Origin: Eledone cirrhosa
Lineage: Eukaryota
Reading direction: 5' to 3'
NCBI GenBank assembly: GCA_964016885.1
Contig: CAXHJY010001581.1
Span: 1-57,521, forward strand
Length of the DNA: 57,521 nucleotides
The notes below the pieces were generated by a model. It was given only the letters and a program-made list of their open reading frames with translations. It did not search any database and was not told where the DNA came from. The translations under genes and the position numbers were made by a program. Shown piece by piece: positions 12,870-27,082 of the stretch. How positions within the stretch are numbered: the stretch's first letter is position 1; every line of letters starts with the position of its first letter.

Positions 12870-15002
12870 ACTTTGAATAACTTTGAAATGTTTTGGCCAG
12901 TATTGGCCCAGGCCATGTCTAACTTAATAGCACCACCTGGCGAAGTCTTTCAATTCAGGGTTTGGGCACCATGGCCTATTCGAGAAGAGAATTACTGTTT
13001 GCGGAGACATATCCGGGTGTGGGTGGTTTGTCCGGGATTACTTGGAGGAATTTGTCCAAAGACTTCTTGAATTTTGTGTGGTCAGTTTCTGTTTTGACGT
13101 GTCCTGGTGTGATGTTGAAGAGAGCAGGGCCGATTGAGGTGAAATAATTGTGCCGTATTGTTGTTATGAGTTGCGATTTAGATTTTTGTATGGGGCGGAT
13201 AGCACGGGGCCCAAGCCTTGGGTGTATCTTGAAGGCGATGCCAACATCATTTGGGCAGTGATGATGGAACATTTTCCACATCATGCAGATAATATAACGC
13301 TCACGGCGACGTTGGAGTGAGTAAAGTTTCAGGTTTTCCAATCGACCCCAGTAGTCAAGGTCTGACATGCCATCTATCTTTTTCGTGATTGCCCTTTGAG
13401 GAGCTTCAAGTTTCATGATACTTTGTTTCGTGTGGGGAGACCACAGTGGACAACAGTATTCAAGGTGTGGTCGGGCAAAAATAGAGAAGAGAAGGATAAT
13501 GGTGTGGGAATCTCTCGACTGGAAGGTTCTGAGGATCCAGGAACACATTCTGCGGGCCATGTCAACTTTGCTGCTTATATGCGTGGCCCAGCTTATGTTG
13601 CTGTCCACGGTTACTCCCAAGTCTCTGATGTTGTTAGATGCCACGAGAGTACGGGAGTTTCGGAGCATCCTCTTTTCCAAAGTGGATCAGTTCGAATTTG
13701 TCTTCGTTCAGTAACATGTTGTTCTTTTCCGCCCATTGGGTAACAGCCAGTAGGTCTGACTGAAGGCTTATCCGGTCATCCACGCCATTGATGACCTTTT
13801 GGAGCTTGGAATCATCAGCGAAAATTTTAATGTTGCTGTGTTTGATGATGTCAGTGATGTCATTAATATAGATGATGAAGAGAAGTGGGCCCAACACAGT
13901 GCCTTGTGGGACCCCACTACTGACTTTGGCTGGGCTGGATTTGACTCCTTCAACTACAACATGTTGGGTTCTGTTTGACAGGAAGCTCTTGATCCACTGC
14001 AGCAGCTTTCCAGTGACACCAATTTTGGACAGCTTTCTCAGTAGAATGTTATGATCAACCCTGTCAAAGGCCTTGCTGAAATCAAGGTAGATAACATCAG
14101 TGTTGGAACCCTCTCCCAAGGCTCTCAAAATGTCATCAAAGTGATGCAGTAGCTGCGTCAGGCAATCCCTTCCATTACGGAATCCATGCTGGTTGGAGTT
14201 CAGCATATTGTTACTCTCAAGGAAGTGGGTCATTCGCGATCTCACCACTCTCTCAAATACCTTAATGATATGAGAGGTGAGTGAGATTGGACGGTAATTC
14301 ACGGCAAGGGATTTGTTTCCCTTTTTGAAAACTGGGACAACAGACTGGGATAGAAGGTTTTCTGGAACATATCCAGCATCCAGTGAGTTCCGCCACAGAT
14401 TGGCAAGAGGAGATGCAAGTTGGTGTTGACACGCCTTCAAGACACAAGCAGGGAACCTATCGGGACCTACTGCTGAATTATGCTTGATTTCCTTTATTGC
14501 CGCTAAGATATCAGGGGCGTCAAACGTTATGTCCGATAAGGTGTAATGGGGAGTAACATCGCCGATACAGCCCAGATCGGCCATATCAGGATTGCTGAAA
14601 ACAGAGCAGTATTGTTTCTGCAGTATCTCACCCATGGTTTTAGCATTGTCTTGAAGAGTGCCATTTTCATCAATTAGAGGGCCAACAGTAGAGCCAGTGA
14701 TTTTGTGTTTTTTTGCAAATGAAAAGAACACTTTGGGATTGAGTTTGATCTTCTCAATGGCCCAGGCCTCTTCAGCTCTTCTCTGATTGTTGATGAGGGA
14801 CATTATGTTGTTTTGGAGGTTATGTTTTTTAATCTCTAGTGATGAAATGGCAGTCAAGTTGATGTGTTGCTGCTGACAGTATTTCAGCTTGTTGATTTTT
14901 TTGTTCGTTCTCTTAATTTTTCTGATGAGCGTTTTTCTATTTCTAGGGATTCTGCTCTTAGATTTGTTTATAGATTCTGCTCTTAGATTTGTCAGTGTTG
15001 TT
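12868..15002 (-). mobile_element. 5'-truncated CR1/L2-group LINE with the RT domain, disrupted (pseudogene)
   Basis: NYRPISLTS, QHGFR, YLDFSKAFDRV, GVPQGTVLGPLLF and FADD motifs; a 20-bp deletion at ~13648 shifts the frame; premature stop near 12976. Confidence 0.94.
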
Positions 15003-15240
15003 TGTATATGGTTTTGTATTGTGATACCCATCTATATGCTTGCGGAGCACCCATGTACTATGTAATTCAGGTACCTACCAGTATACCTTGTATAATGGGG
15101 TGTGTTTAGCACATATGTTTGTAACAGTGTCCACAAATGTCTGCAGGGGACTTTTTGATGTTAGTGGGTGTATGAGCGTGCGTGAAGGACCAGTCGTGTG
15201 TATGTATATATATGTAAGTATATATATATATCTATGTATA

Positions 15241-15563
15241 TATATTTCGTTTCTGAATTTGTTTAGCAGGATTCTTTATCTGAAATCGTGTGTTGAAACC
15301 GATATTGTTATACTTTGGGAGGGTCATGTTTCCAATAAGAAACACACGCACCAGTTGCTTTCACTTCAATTTAATTTATTATATATTTATAAATTTACAA
15401 TGACTATATATATATAAACAACTATCTGGTTGTGAAACCGGCCAACCAACCAGAAATTTATAAATTTGTAAATTTATAAATATATAATAAATTAAATTGA
15501 AGTGAAACAACTGGTGCGTGTGTTTCTTATTGGCAACATGACCCTCCCAAAGTTTAACAATAT
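15241..15563. mobile_element. Mini two-ended insertion of PLE family B pLTR (long end left and inverted; short end right)
   Basis: 15241-15400 is the reverse complement of ~51850-52013; 15401-15563 matches 51783-51953. Confidence 0.88.
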
Positions 15564-15564
15564 G

Positions 15565-15598
<34 letters not shown>

Positions 15599-15622
15599 TA
15601 ACTATGTATGTATATATATATG

Positions 15623-15693
<71 letters not shown>

Positions 15694-15770
15694 ATATATA
15701 TGTATGTATATATATATGTATATATATATGTATGTATATATATATGTATATATATATATATATATGTATG

Positions 15771-15802
<32 letters not shown>

Positions 15803-15903
15803 TGTATGTATATATATATGTATATATATATATATATATATGTATGTTTATATATATGTATATATATATATATATATGTATGTATATATATATGTATATA
15901 TAT

Positions 15904-15944
<41 letters not shown>

Positions 15945-16010
15945 TATATATATATATCTGTGTATGTATACATATATGTATATATATATATCTATATCTG
16001 TGTATGTATA

Positions 16011-16095
<85 letters not shown>

Positions 16096-16096
16096 G

Positions 16097-16133
<37 letters not shown>

Positions 16134-16582
16134 GTATATATATATGTATATATATGTATATATATGTATATGTATGTATATGTATATGTATGTATATGTG
16201 TATATATATATATGTGTATATATATATATATGTGTATATATATATATATGTGTATATATATTTATGTATATATATGTATATGTATCTATATGTGTATATA
16301 TATATATGTGTATATATATTTATGTATATATATGTATATGTATCTATATGTGTATATATATATATGTTTATATTTGTATATGTATATGTATATATATGTG
16401 TATATACATATATAAATATGTATATATATTTATATGTATATATATATATCTTTATATACATATACATACATATATATATATATATATATATCTGTGTATG
16501 TATATATATGTATATAAATATATGTGTATATATATGTATATATATGTATATATATGTATATATATATATGTATATATATGTG

Positions 16583-16629
<47 letters not shown>

Positions 16630-16864
16630 ATGTATATATATGTATATATATGTATATGTATATATATGTATATATATGTATATGTATATATATATATATG
16701 TATATATATTTATATATATATATGTATATGTATATGTATATGTATATATATATATGTATATATATGTATATATATATATATGTATATGTATATATATATG
16801 TATATATATGTATATGTATATATATGTATATGTATATATATGTATATGTATGTGTATGTATATG

Positions 16865-16905
<41 letters not shown>

Positions 16906-17038
16906 GTGTGTGTATATATATATGTATATGTGTATATATATATAGATATCTGTGTGTGTGTGTATATATATATATATGTGTGTGTATGTATATATATATA
17001 TATATATCTGTATATATATATATATATATATATCTGTG

Positions 17039-17073
<35 letters not shown>

Positions 17074-17155
17074 GTGTATGTATATATATATATATATATG
17101 TATATTATTTTGAAACTTTTTCATTATTTGCTAAACCTTGATTATATATATGTAT

Positions 17156-17189
<34 letters not shown>

Positions 17190-17198
17190 ATGTATATG

Positions 17199-17295
<97 letters not shown>

Positions 17296-17334
17296 GTGTA
17301 TGTATATATATACATATATATATGTCTATGTATG

Positions 17335-17365
<31 letters not shown>

Positions 17366-17468
17366 GTATATATATACATATGTATATATATATATGTATA
17401 TATGTATTTATGTATATATGTATACGTGTACATATATATGTATATATATATATGTATATGTATATATG

Positions 17469-17507
<39 letters not shown>

Positions 17508-17574
17508 GTATATATATATGTATATATATATGGATATATCTTTGTATATATATATGTATATGTATATATATATG

Positions 17575-17605
<31 letters not shown>

Positions 17606-17644
17606 GTATATATGTTTTTATGTATATATATGTATATATATGTA

Positions 17645-17703
<59 letters not shown>

Positions 17704-18242
17704 GTATATATATATGTATATATGTATATATATATATGTATATATGTAGATATATATATATGTATATATGTAGATATTTATATATGTATATATGTAGATA
17801 TATATATATGTATATATGTATATATATATATATGTATATATGTAGATATATATATATGTATATATGTAGATATATATATATGTATATATGTATATATGTA
17901 TATATATATATATGTATATATTTATATATGTATATATATATATATGTATATATTTATATATATATATTTATGTATATATGCATATATATATATATGTATA
18001 TATATATATATTTATGTATATATGCATATATATATATGTATATATATATATGTGTATGTATATATGTGTATGTATATATATGTATATATATATATATATA
18101 TATATCTGTGTATGTATATATATGTATATATATGTATATATATATATATATATATCTGTGTATGTATATATATGTATATATATATATATATATGTGTATA
18201 TATATATATATGTGTATATATATATGTATATATATACATATG

Positions 18243-18277
<35 letters not shown>

Positions 18278-18294
18278 GTATATATATACATATG

Positions 18295-18327
<33 letters not shown>

Positions 18328-18416
18328 GTATATATATATATGTATATATATATATATGTATATATGTATATATATATGTATATATATATATATGTATATA
18401 TGCATATATATATATG

Positions 18417-18448
<32 letters not shown>

Positions 18449-18650
18449 CATATATACATATATGTATACATCTATATATGTATATATGTATATATATATA
18501 TATATGTATATATGCATATATATATATTTATATATATATATATGTATATATGTATATATGTATATATGTATATATATATATATGTATATATGTATATATA
18601 TATATGTATATATATGTATATATATATATGTATTTATATGTATATATATG

Positions 18651-18681
<31 letters not shown>

Positions 18682-18911
18682 GTATATATATATGTATATA
18701 TATGTGTATGTATATATGTATATATATATGTATATGTATATATATATGTATATATATATGTATATGTATATATATATGTATATGCATATATATATGTATA
18801 TATATGTATATATATATATGTATATGTATATATATATGTATATATATATATGTATATATGTATATATATATATGTATATATGTATATACATATATATATA
18901 TATATATATAT

Positions 18912-19524
18912 GTGACATGTCATGTCACCAGTTGGTGCTACTGGTAACATGTAGCCCAGTACAACCTGTCTCATGATCGGGTCGTTGGCGACTAAACTGG
19001 CAACCCCACCAAGGTTTCTTGGTGAGGAGGGTGACTTTGGACATCCTGAAGGACTAAAAACAAAACCTGTCAAAGGGCAAATGAGCTCTTAAGAGTCAAT
19101 GGCCATCCAAAATCACCGGGAGAGATGACCCCTTAGCCTTTGTCAAGGCAGAATTCTAGGAGAAGGAAAACTCTGATATAACACCTGCAACTCTGATCGT
19201 ATCCAATGATGTTGACTTGTTCTTCTTTTTTGTAAATATAATCTTGGTTAAGAGAGTGGGACTGGCTTTGTGCAGTGCCTTGGCTCACTATAAATGCTTC
19301 ACGCACAGGCATCGCTTTATATCTGGAGATCTCTCTGCACTTGTCGTCACATGGTACCTTGGGCCCAGCACTATGTGTCAATAATTGTCACAAGTGTAGT
19401 GTTTGTACCAGAGTTTTCAAGTCCCTGGCTAGACTAAAAAGTCACACTTGTTCAGCGCATCAGTAGGGGTTCTCCTACATAGATATAAAGTAGTGGCCGT
19501 ACTCGAAAACGAGTTGGCAGCCAC
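18912..19524 (+). mobile_element. Non-autonomous RTE-derived element (longer copy, ~610 bp)
   Basis: Same sequence as 5556-6032 with ~140 bp more at the 5' side (GGCGACTAAACTGGCAACCCCA); same 3' end GCAGCCAC into TA. Confidence 0.7.
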
Positions 19525-19586
19525 TATATATATATATATATATATACATATAAGAGTGGGAAATGAAATTTCGTTTCATTTTTTCC

Positions 19587-19649
<63 letters not shown>

Positions 19650-19651
<2 letters not shown>

Positions 19652-20773
19652 CGGCGATGAATTAGTTTTGCGAGGTTTTTTTATATGAAATCGTGTGTCG
19701 AAACAGATATTGTTATACTTGGGGAGGGTCATATTTGCGTAATATTGCCAGAATTAATAACAGAACACACGCACTGTTTGGTTGGTTTTCGCTTCTCGCT
19801 GTCTTTTATTATATCTGCGATCTAACTTACTCGGTCCTCAATGTTGCCATTGACTGACCGGCGGTCAAAAATAATACAGATACAATATAGACACAAACAC
19901 ATATATATATATATATAGTTTACATAATTTACATAAATCTTTCGTTGCACATCTGCAACATCGTCAGTGGTGTTATATTCATTGTTCCTCCTGTTGTGTT
20001 GTATGCCTACGCCATTTTTTATTCAGTCTGTCTATATATTTATTTACTTATTTGCTTGTTTGTTTATCTTATTTTATTTTGTCTTCTTTGCGCATGCGTT
20101 TGCGTGTGTGTATAGTGTTATGTGTGATGTGTGACTAGTGTGTATAGTGTTGTGTCTGCTGGGTGACTAGTGTGTGTTTATGTGCTTGTTGTTATTGTGC
20201 TTGTGTATGTATTTATTTATCTTATTTTATTTAATTTTATTTACTTATTTATACTTCTCTTAGGTTAGTGTTGTTTGTTTGGGTGTTGTTGTTGTTCCAC
20301 TCATTCTTTCTGTTTAGCTTTGGTCTTCTAATTTCTATTTCACTGGCCTCTCTGATTTGCCTATCTGCTGGGTCATTCCTATGTTTAGATATTATTCTAA
20401 TTTCTATGTTGTCTATGTTACCGTCATGTTGTTGTCTAGCATGTTCGTATAGTACTGACCCGTTTTTTCGTCCTTTTAGTTCCCCCTAGTGTTGGTCTAT
20501 CCTTTCACCTATGCTACGAGCTGTCTCACCTATGTATGTTGTTGTCATGTTTCTGCAAGTACCCTCTGTACATCTTATGCTATAGACTACGTTTCTAGTT
20601 TTACAGTTTATCCGGGGGTTCACCTTACATATGATACACTTCCTATTGGTACAGTGGGTTTTCTTAAAAGGGTAGGTTTTGCTGATCAGGGATTTTATGG
20701 TGGTTCCTGGCTTTTCTACCACCTTTATTTTTAAGTGGGTCTTTCTCAGGGCCTTTCTACACTGGTTAGCTAA
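19650..20773 (-). mobile_element. PLE family A 3' fragment (GIY-YIG part plus pLTR, long end)
   Basis: Reverse complement of ~10620-11707 extended to GCCGCT, the same endpoint as 6563; a nonsense change truncates the ORF at 20486. Confidence 0.93.
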
Positions 20774-21664
20774 CTCTTTGCCAGTCGGTTTTACAGTAAC
20801 TAAAATATGATTGTTTGGCTTGTGCTTTAGCTCTATCTTACTATAACCCCGATTTGCTTGTGTATAGTTTGCTTTATTTGTGGTGCCTGTCTATATACTT
20901 GTTATACTCAGCTCTATCCTGTAATATCCCTAATTTGCTTGTATATGGTTTTGTATTGTGATACCCATCTATATGCTTGCGGAGCACCCATGTACTATGT
21001 AATTCAGGTACCTACCAGTATACCTTGTATATGTATACCATGGCGGGGATTCGGATTACTGTGGTCTTTCTGGATGTACCGTAAGAACCTCTTTGTGCTT
21101 ATATAACTATAAGTTATGGAGATCCTATTCACTCGCTTTATTAGGGACCAGCGATTAATTTCCTCTGGCTTCTTTGTGTGCTTAAAATATGTTTCTTCTT
21201 TCTTTTTAAAAATATTTTTTTTTTATTTCTTACCTTTTTATTTACTTTCTATCTTTTTATCTCTCTATCTTCCTTTTATTTTCTATTTTTTTAATTTTTA
21301 TCTTTATTATTTTATTATTATTTTATTATTATTATATTTTTTTATTATGTTTTAACCATTACTTGTATTTTTTGTATTTTTTGCTTTTGTATGCCATCAA
21401 TTGTATGTGAAATCTCCTTGTGCCCTAACATTTAGCTGTGGTGCTTAACAACCCCAGCATGTACTCCCTCCTTGTTCGCCATCTCCGATCTCCCTATCTT
21501 TATCCTCTATTGCATTCCGATTGTTCGTGTGACTAAGCTCGGTGGAGCTTATACTCAGCACTGTGTTTATTAAGCTCTGAGGATTCTTACCAAACGTTAT
21601 AGATGAAACATTGTATGTAAATAAAAACTGTTTGAGTATGTAAGCGTTCTTTGGTTTCTTTTGC

Positions 21665-21741
<77 letters not shown>

Positions 21742-21764
21742 AAATGTATATATACATGTTTATA

Positions 21765-22112
21765 TAGTTATACTTGCCAGAAATAATAACAGAAAACACT
21801 CAGTTTGGTTGGTTTTCGCTTCTGCATCTTTTATATCTCCATAGTTAATTTATTTGGCTGTCAATGTTTACCATTGATTGACCAGCGTTTAAAAATACAG
21901 ATATATATATATATATATAATTTTTTTATTTTTCAGAAAAATGGCGTAGACATTACTATACAATAGGAGGGAACATAATAGTACCACTGATGATGCTGCA
22001 GATGTGCAACGAAAGAACTTTGATAGACTATTTATATACCCACTCTCAAGAGCGTGAAATTAATAAACATTCGTTGTACTGCCTCTCTGTTTTGTTCCTG
22101 TTCAAATTTTCC

Positions 22113-22162
<50 letters not shown>

Positions 22163-22367
22163 TGTATTTTTAACCGTTGGTCAATCAATGATAAACATTG
22201 ATTGCCAAATAAATTAAATATGTAGATATAAAAGAGACAGAAGCGAAAACCAACCAAACAGTGAGTGTGTTCTGTTATTATTTCTGACAATATGACCCTA
22301 CCCAAGTATAACAATATTTGTTGCGACACACGATTTCATATCAAAAACCTTGCAAAACAAAATCATA
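21765..22367. mobile_element. Older two-ended pLTR insertion of an A-related family (A2)
   Basis: 21765-21902 is a diverged inverted copy of ~22160-22310. The right arm has AAAATGGCG, CTGATGA..GAAA (21987-22014) and [22 protein letters not shown] (22292-22357). Confidence 0.8.
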
Positions 22368-22410
22368 TATATATCTATCTATCTTATATGTATACACATA
22401 AGTATGTATA

Positions 22411-22449
<39 letters not shown>

Positions 22450-22810
22450 GGGGTAACAGATTATTGTTATAGGTAGTCCACTTAGGTGTAGTCCAGTTAG
22501 GGTACTCCGAGTAGTGGATGATATTAACGCTTGGCTAAGTTTGACTCAACAAGGCGTTTCCATAGTGATGCTGCGAGTACGCGGTAATTTCTATGTTGTT
22601 AACACTTGGAGTAATGATAAATCAGGAAAGAATAGTGACACGGTTTGCTATACAAAAAAGGTTTTTAATCTCATTGTTGACAATTCTTTCTCTGAACTGG
22701 TAGGTCTAGAGATCGCTACCCGCTTGTTTTCGCGTTACTCGATCACCAATACATAGTTGTAACCAGTCAATTAATTGGAGCTTGTGAGAATGAAAGGAAT
22801 ATACAGTAGT

Positions 22811-23000
22811 AATTGTTTCTACTTTAGGCACAAGGCCAGCAATTACCCAGTGCATTACTGGTACTTTATTTTATCGACCCCGTCAGGATGAAAGGCAAAG
22901 TCAACCTCGGCGGGATTTGAACTCAGATCGTAAAGGGACCTAACTATGCTGGAAAGCATGGCGTCCGACACTCTACCGATACTACCAATCCACCACCATT
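22811..23000 (-). mobile_element. tRNA-derived SINE with conserved central core
   Basis: Minus strand: A-box-like TGGTAGTATCGG, B-box GAGTTCAAATCC, then GCCTTTCATCC..GGGGTCGATAAAATAAAGTACCAG, a core I recognise from octopus/Meta-type SINEs. Confidence 0.8.
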
Positions 23001-23349
23001 ACTACTATATATAGTAGTAATGGCATTCAATCAGAACAATAACAACAATACTGCTAGCAATAAATTATTTGAAATAATCACATCAATCTAGGTAAGAAAC
23101 ATAGTGTATCTACGACTTTAGCGTGTAAAACTAGCTGATATGAGGCAGATGTATACAATTGACATGTAAAAGCTGCCATGGGGTGTATTATATATAGTGT
23201 AGAGATAAGCCGGTGGCTTTAAACAATGAACCATTTCCATATAGTATATCGTTCCTGTGTCAGTGTTGAACAAAAAGGTGACATGATTGTCTAAACACTG
23301 TACGGCGTAATTCGGGCTATTTGTTTGTTTACAAACAAACAAACCGAGC

Positions 23350-23540
23350 ATTATAATAAATGTTCGGTAAACCGATACGTGCATATATATAGATGTGTGC
23401 ATGTATGTATATATATATACATATTATTGTACGTCTGTATACATATATGTATGTACGTATACATACATATATACTTATATTTAAGTAAGTGCCGTACTAA
23501 GAGTGACAAATGAAATTTCGTTTCATTCTATTCCATTTCC
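23350..23540 (+). repeat. Unclassified dispersed repeat (family G); inverted copy at 26768-26940, fragment at 19551-19590
   Basis: Shared GCCGTACTAAG.GTGA.AAATGAAATTTCGTTTCATTC and TTATAATAAAT.TTCGGTAAAC. Confidence 0.7.
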
Positions 23541-23657
23541 ATATATATATATATATATATGTTTATATATATATGTCTGTGTATATATATATATGTGTGT
23601 GGGTGTGGGTGTGTATATATATATATGCATATATGTATATATGTATATATATATATG

Positions 23658-23867
23658 TGAGAAAAACCACAGACCCTCCATCTCAACTCACCTTTTGAAA
23701 AGCAGAAGAACTGCGAAACCGGTAAAGGAACCAAATATATATATATATTTTAAAAAAAAATAAGACTCCAGTTGCATTTTCGATTTCATCTCTTTTTCTT
23801 TATACTTTCACTCGTGTTGGACACCTCGGTTATTTTTCATTTTGTAAAAAAAACCTCACTTTCTAAT
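23658..23867 (+). mobile_element. pLTR-like terminus, family E
   Basis: Hammerhead at 23691-23728, followed by sequence that recurs at 33967-34090 and 34728-34852; ends CACTTTCTAATA into TA. Confidence 0.65.
23691..23728 (+). ncRNA. Minimal hammerhead ribozyme, U3-A8 core variant (family E)
   Basis: CCTT-TTGAAAA-GCAG-AAGAA-CTGC-GAAA-CCGG-TA-AAGG. Confidence 0.7.
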
Positions 23868-23955
23868 ATATATATGTATATAGATATATGTATATATATA
23901 TATGTATATGTGTATATGTATATGTATATATGTATATATATATATATGTATATAG

Positions 23956-23999
<44 letters not shown>

Positions 24000-24167
24000 G
24001 TGTATATATATATATGTATATATATATATATGTATATATGTAGGAGGTGAGTTTTATTGTAGTACAATAAAGCAATGCAGATATCGGATAAGAAGCACTC
24101 TACAGTTTGTAGGACTGGAGTATACATAATATATAAGATCAAAAGATGGTTAAAGGAGTTCCATGTA

Positions 24168-24234
24168 TTTTATTATGCGCATTTCAAAAACAAACATCAT
24201 CATGCAATAATATTTGTGTTTTCATCAGATAAAA
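24168..24234 (-). ncRNA. Type I hammerhead ribozyme, family D
   Basis: Reverse complement of the 24358-24424 motif. Confidence 0.85.
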
Positions 24235-24357
24235 CAGGAGGACATGATATGAAGGCTAAAAAACACTTGTGGATAGTGCAGTTTTTATATGTTGATATGT
24301 TGATTTAAAACTGCACTATCCACAAGTGTTTTTTAGCCTTCATATCATGTCCTCCTG

Positions 24358-24424
24358 TTTTATCTGATGAAAACACAAATATTATTGCATGATGATGTTT
24401 GTTTTTGAAATGCGCATAATAAAA
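24358..24424 (+). ncRNA. Type I hammerhead ribozyme, family D
   Basis: TTTTAT-CTGATGA-long stem II-GAAA-TGCGCA (palindromic stem III)-TA-ATAAAA. Confidence 0.85.
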
Positions 24425-24825
24425 TACATGGAACTCCTTTAACCATCTTTTGATCTTATATATTATATATGTATATATATATATGTATATATATATGTAT
24501 ATAGATATATATATATGTATATATATATGTATGTATGTCCGTATATGTGTGTATATACACGAATATGTATATATATATATACATGTATGTATATACATGT
24601 ATATATATATGTATATATATATACATGTATATACATGTACATGTATATATATGTATATGCATATATACATGTATGTATATGTATATGCATATATACATGT
24701 ATGTATATGTATGTATGTATATATATATACATACATGTATGTATATATATATATGCATATGCATGTATATATTTGTATATGTATCTTTATGTATGTATGT
24801 ATATATTTGTATATGTATGCATATG

Positions 24826-24856
<31 letters not shown>

Positions 24857-25050
24857 ATGCATGTATATATATATACATGCATGCATATACATGTATATAT
24901 ACACATATATGGATATGCATGTACATATATATATATATACATGTATGTATATGTATATATATACATGTGTATATATATATATATATATGTATTTATACAC
25001 ATGTATGTAACGTATGAGTAAATATGTATGTATGTGTATTTATGTATGTG

Positions 25051-25100
<50 letters not shown>

Positions 25101-25246
25101 TGTTTGTGTATCTATTTGAGAATCTCTGCCTGTGTTAAACTCGTTCAATGTAAGACTTGCTTGTAACATTTGCATGAAATATCTTCCTCCGTACTTCCTC
25201 TTGTCTGTGTAGCGGTCTCTTGTGTAAATGATTAGATGTGCACTCC

Positions 25247-25315
25247 ACACACACACACACACACACTCACATATACTCACACCGACTCACACACGTACAC
25301 TTATAACAAATATCT

Positions 25316-25383
<68 letters not shown>

Positions 25384-25753
25384 GCGCGCGCATACTCACA
25401 CACGTACTCTTACAACAAATATCTCCATATATATACTCACACACACACACGTACACTTACAACAAATATCTCCATATATATACTCACACACACACACGTA
25501 CACTTACAACAAATATCTCCATATATATACTCACACACACGTATACTCACACACGTACACTTACAACAAATATCTCCATATATATACTCACACACACACA
25601 CACACGTATACTCACATACGTACACTTACAACAAATATCTCCATATATATACACACACACACACACATATACTCACACTGACTCACACACGTACACTTAC
25701 AACAATTATCTCCATATATATATATACTCACATACACACACACACACACACAC
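25247..25753. repeat. ~45-bp minisatellite with (CA)n spacers
   Basis: CACACGTACACTTACAACAAATATCTCCATATATATACT repeated about 7 times. Confidence 0.9.
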
Positions 25754-26029
25754 ATCTTTCTCATTGATGTCCGTGTGTGCATATGAATGTGTTTATGTAT
25801 AGATGCATATGTGTTTACGTATATATATATATATATGTGCATTTCTATTTCTATTTAGACACACGCACTCAAACACGCATACATATATATTGATAGATAG
25901 ATGCATGTATATAAATATATATGTATGTATACATGCATGTATCTAAATATATATGTATGTACACATGCATGCATTTAAATATATATGTATGTATACATGC
26001 ATGTATATACGCATGCCTGTATGTTTATA

Positions 26030-26065
<36 letters not shown>

Positions 26066-27028
26066 GATAAATTTATATATATATATATGAATTCATCTAT
26101 GTATGTATATGTGGATGTATAACTGCACGTGCATAGTAGATGACTTCCAGCAGTCGTAGGAAGTAGAAACATGTTTTCAATTACAAACATGCAACAGCAG
26201 CATTTAATTCGGATCCTCATATCATCTCCAGAGGGAGACCCTAGGTATCTATATACTACTAAAATTCTGTGATTGTGTGCTGGTCTGTAATTTAATACAG
26301 CCAAAAGTGTTTATAAGGGGAAATTACTTCGAAAGGATGTTGCCCCTGAAATGGGAATACAAAAGATAGAGAGAAAGAGATGGTGGTTATGAGAGAGTGG
26401 TTTGAAAGAGAGGTAGATATATAGAGAGAGAAGGAGACTGATAAGGAAAATGGGAGAGAGAGTGAGAGAGAGCTGGTGGTGTTGTTGAATGAAATTCTAA
26501 CAGGTGACTTCAAAGAATCTAATACAACATTACTGAATCTTGCTAAAATTTGGTGATTGAATATTAAGTCATATGTATCATAAAACTTGTGTTAGGACAG
26601 GATGTGTGTAGCGAATATTTCCTGCTAAATAGGAAGGGTTTCTAAGGTTGTGTCTATATGTGTGTGTTTATGTGTGTGTGACTATGACCAATGTGTATAG
26701 GTCACAGACACCCATATATATATATATACACACATATACATACACGCACGCATATATATATATATATAAATGGAAAAGAATGAAACGAAATTTCATTTCT
26801 CACGCTTAGTACGGCTGATACTTAAATGTAAGTATGTATACGTACATACATATATGTATACAGACGTACAATAGTCTCAATATATACATACATGCACATA
26901 TATATATGTACGTATGTGTTTACCGAAGATTTATTATAATAAGAAGAGTTGAAATTAATGCTTGCAAGATTTCACAGCTCTAGAATCATTCCTTCATAGT
27001 CAGCCAATGAACCTTTCAGTCATTCTTC

Positions 27029-27080
<52 letters not shown>

Positions 27081-27082
<2 letters not shown>

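Larger units (their letters stand above)
24040..24465. mobile_element. Two-ended insertion of family D pLTR (long end left and inverted; short end right)
   Basis: 24127-24286 is inverted relative to 24306-24465; the left arm extends ~90 nt further, to CACCTCCTAC. Confidence 0.88.
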
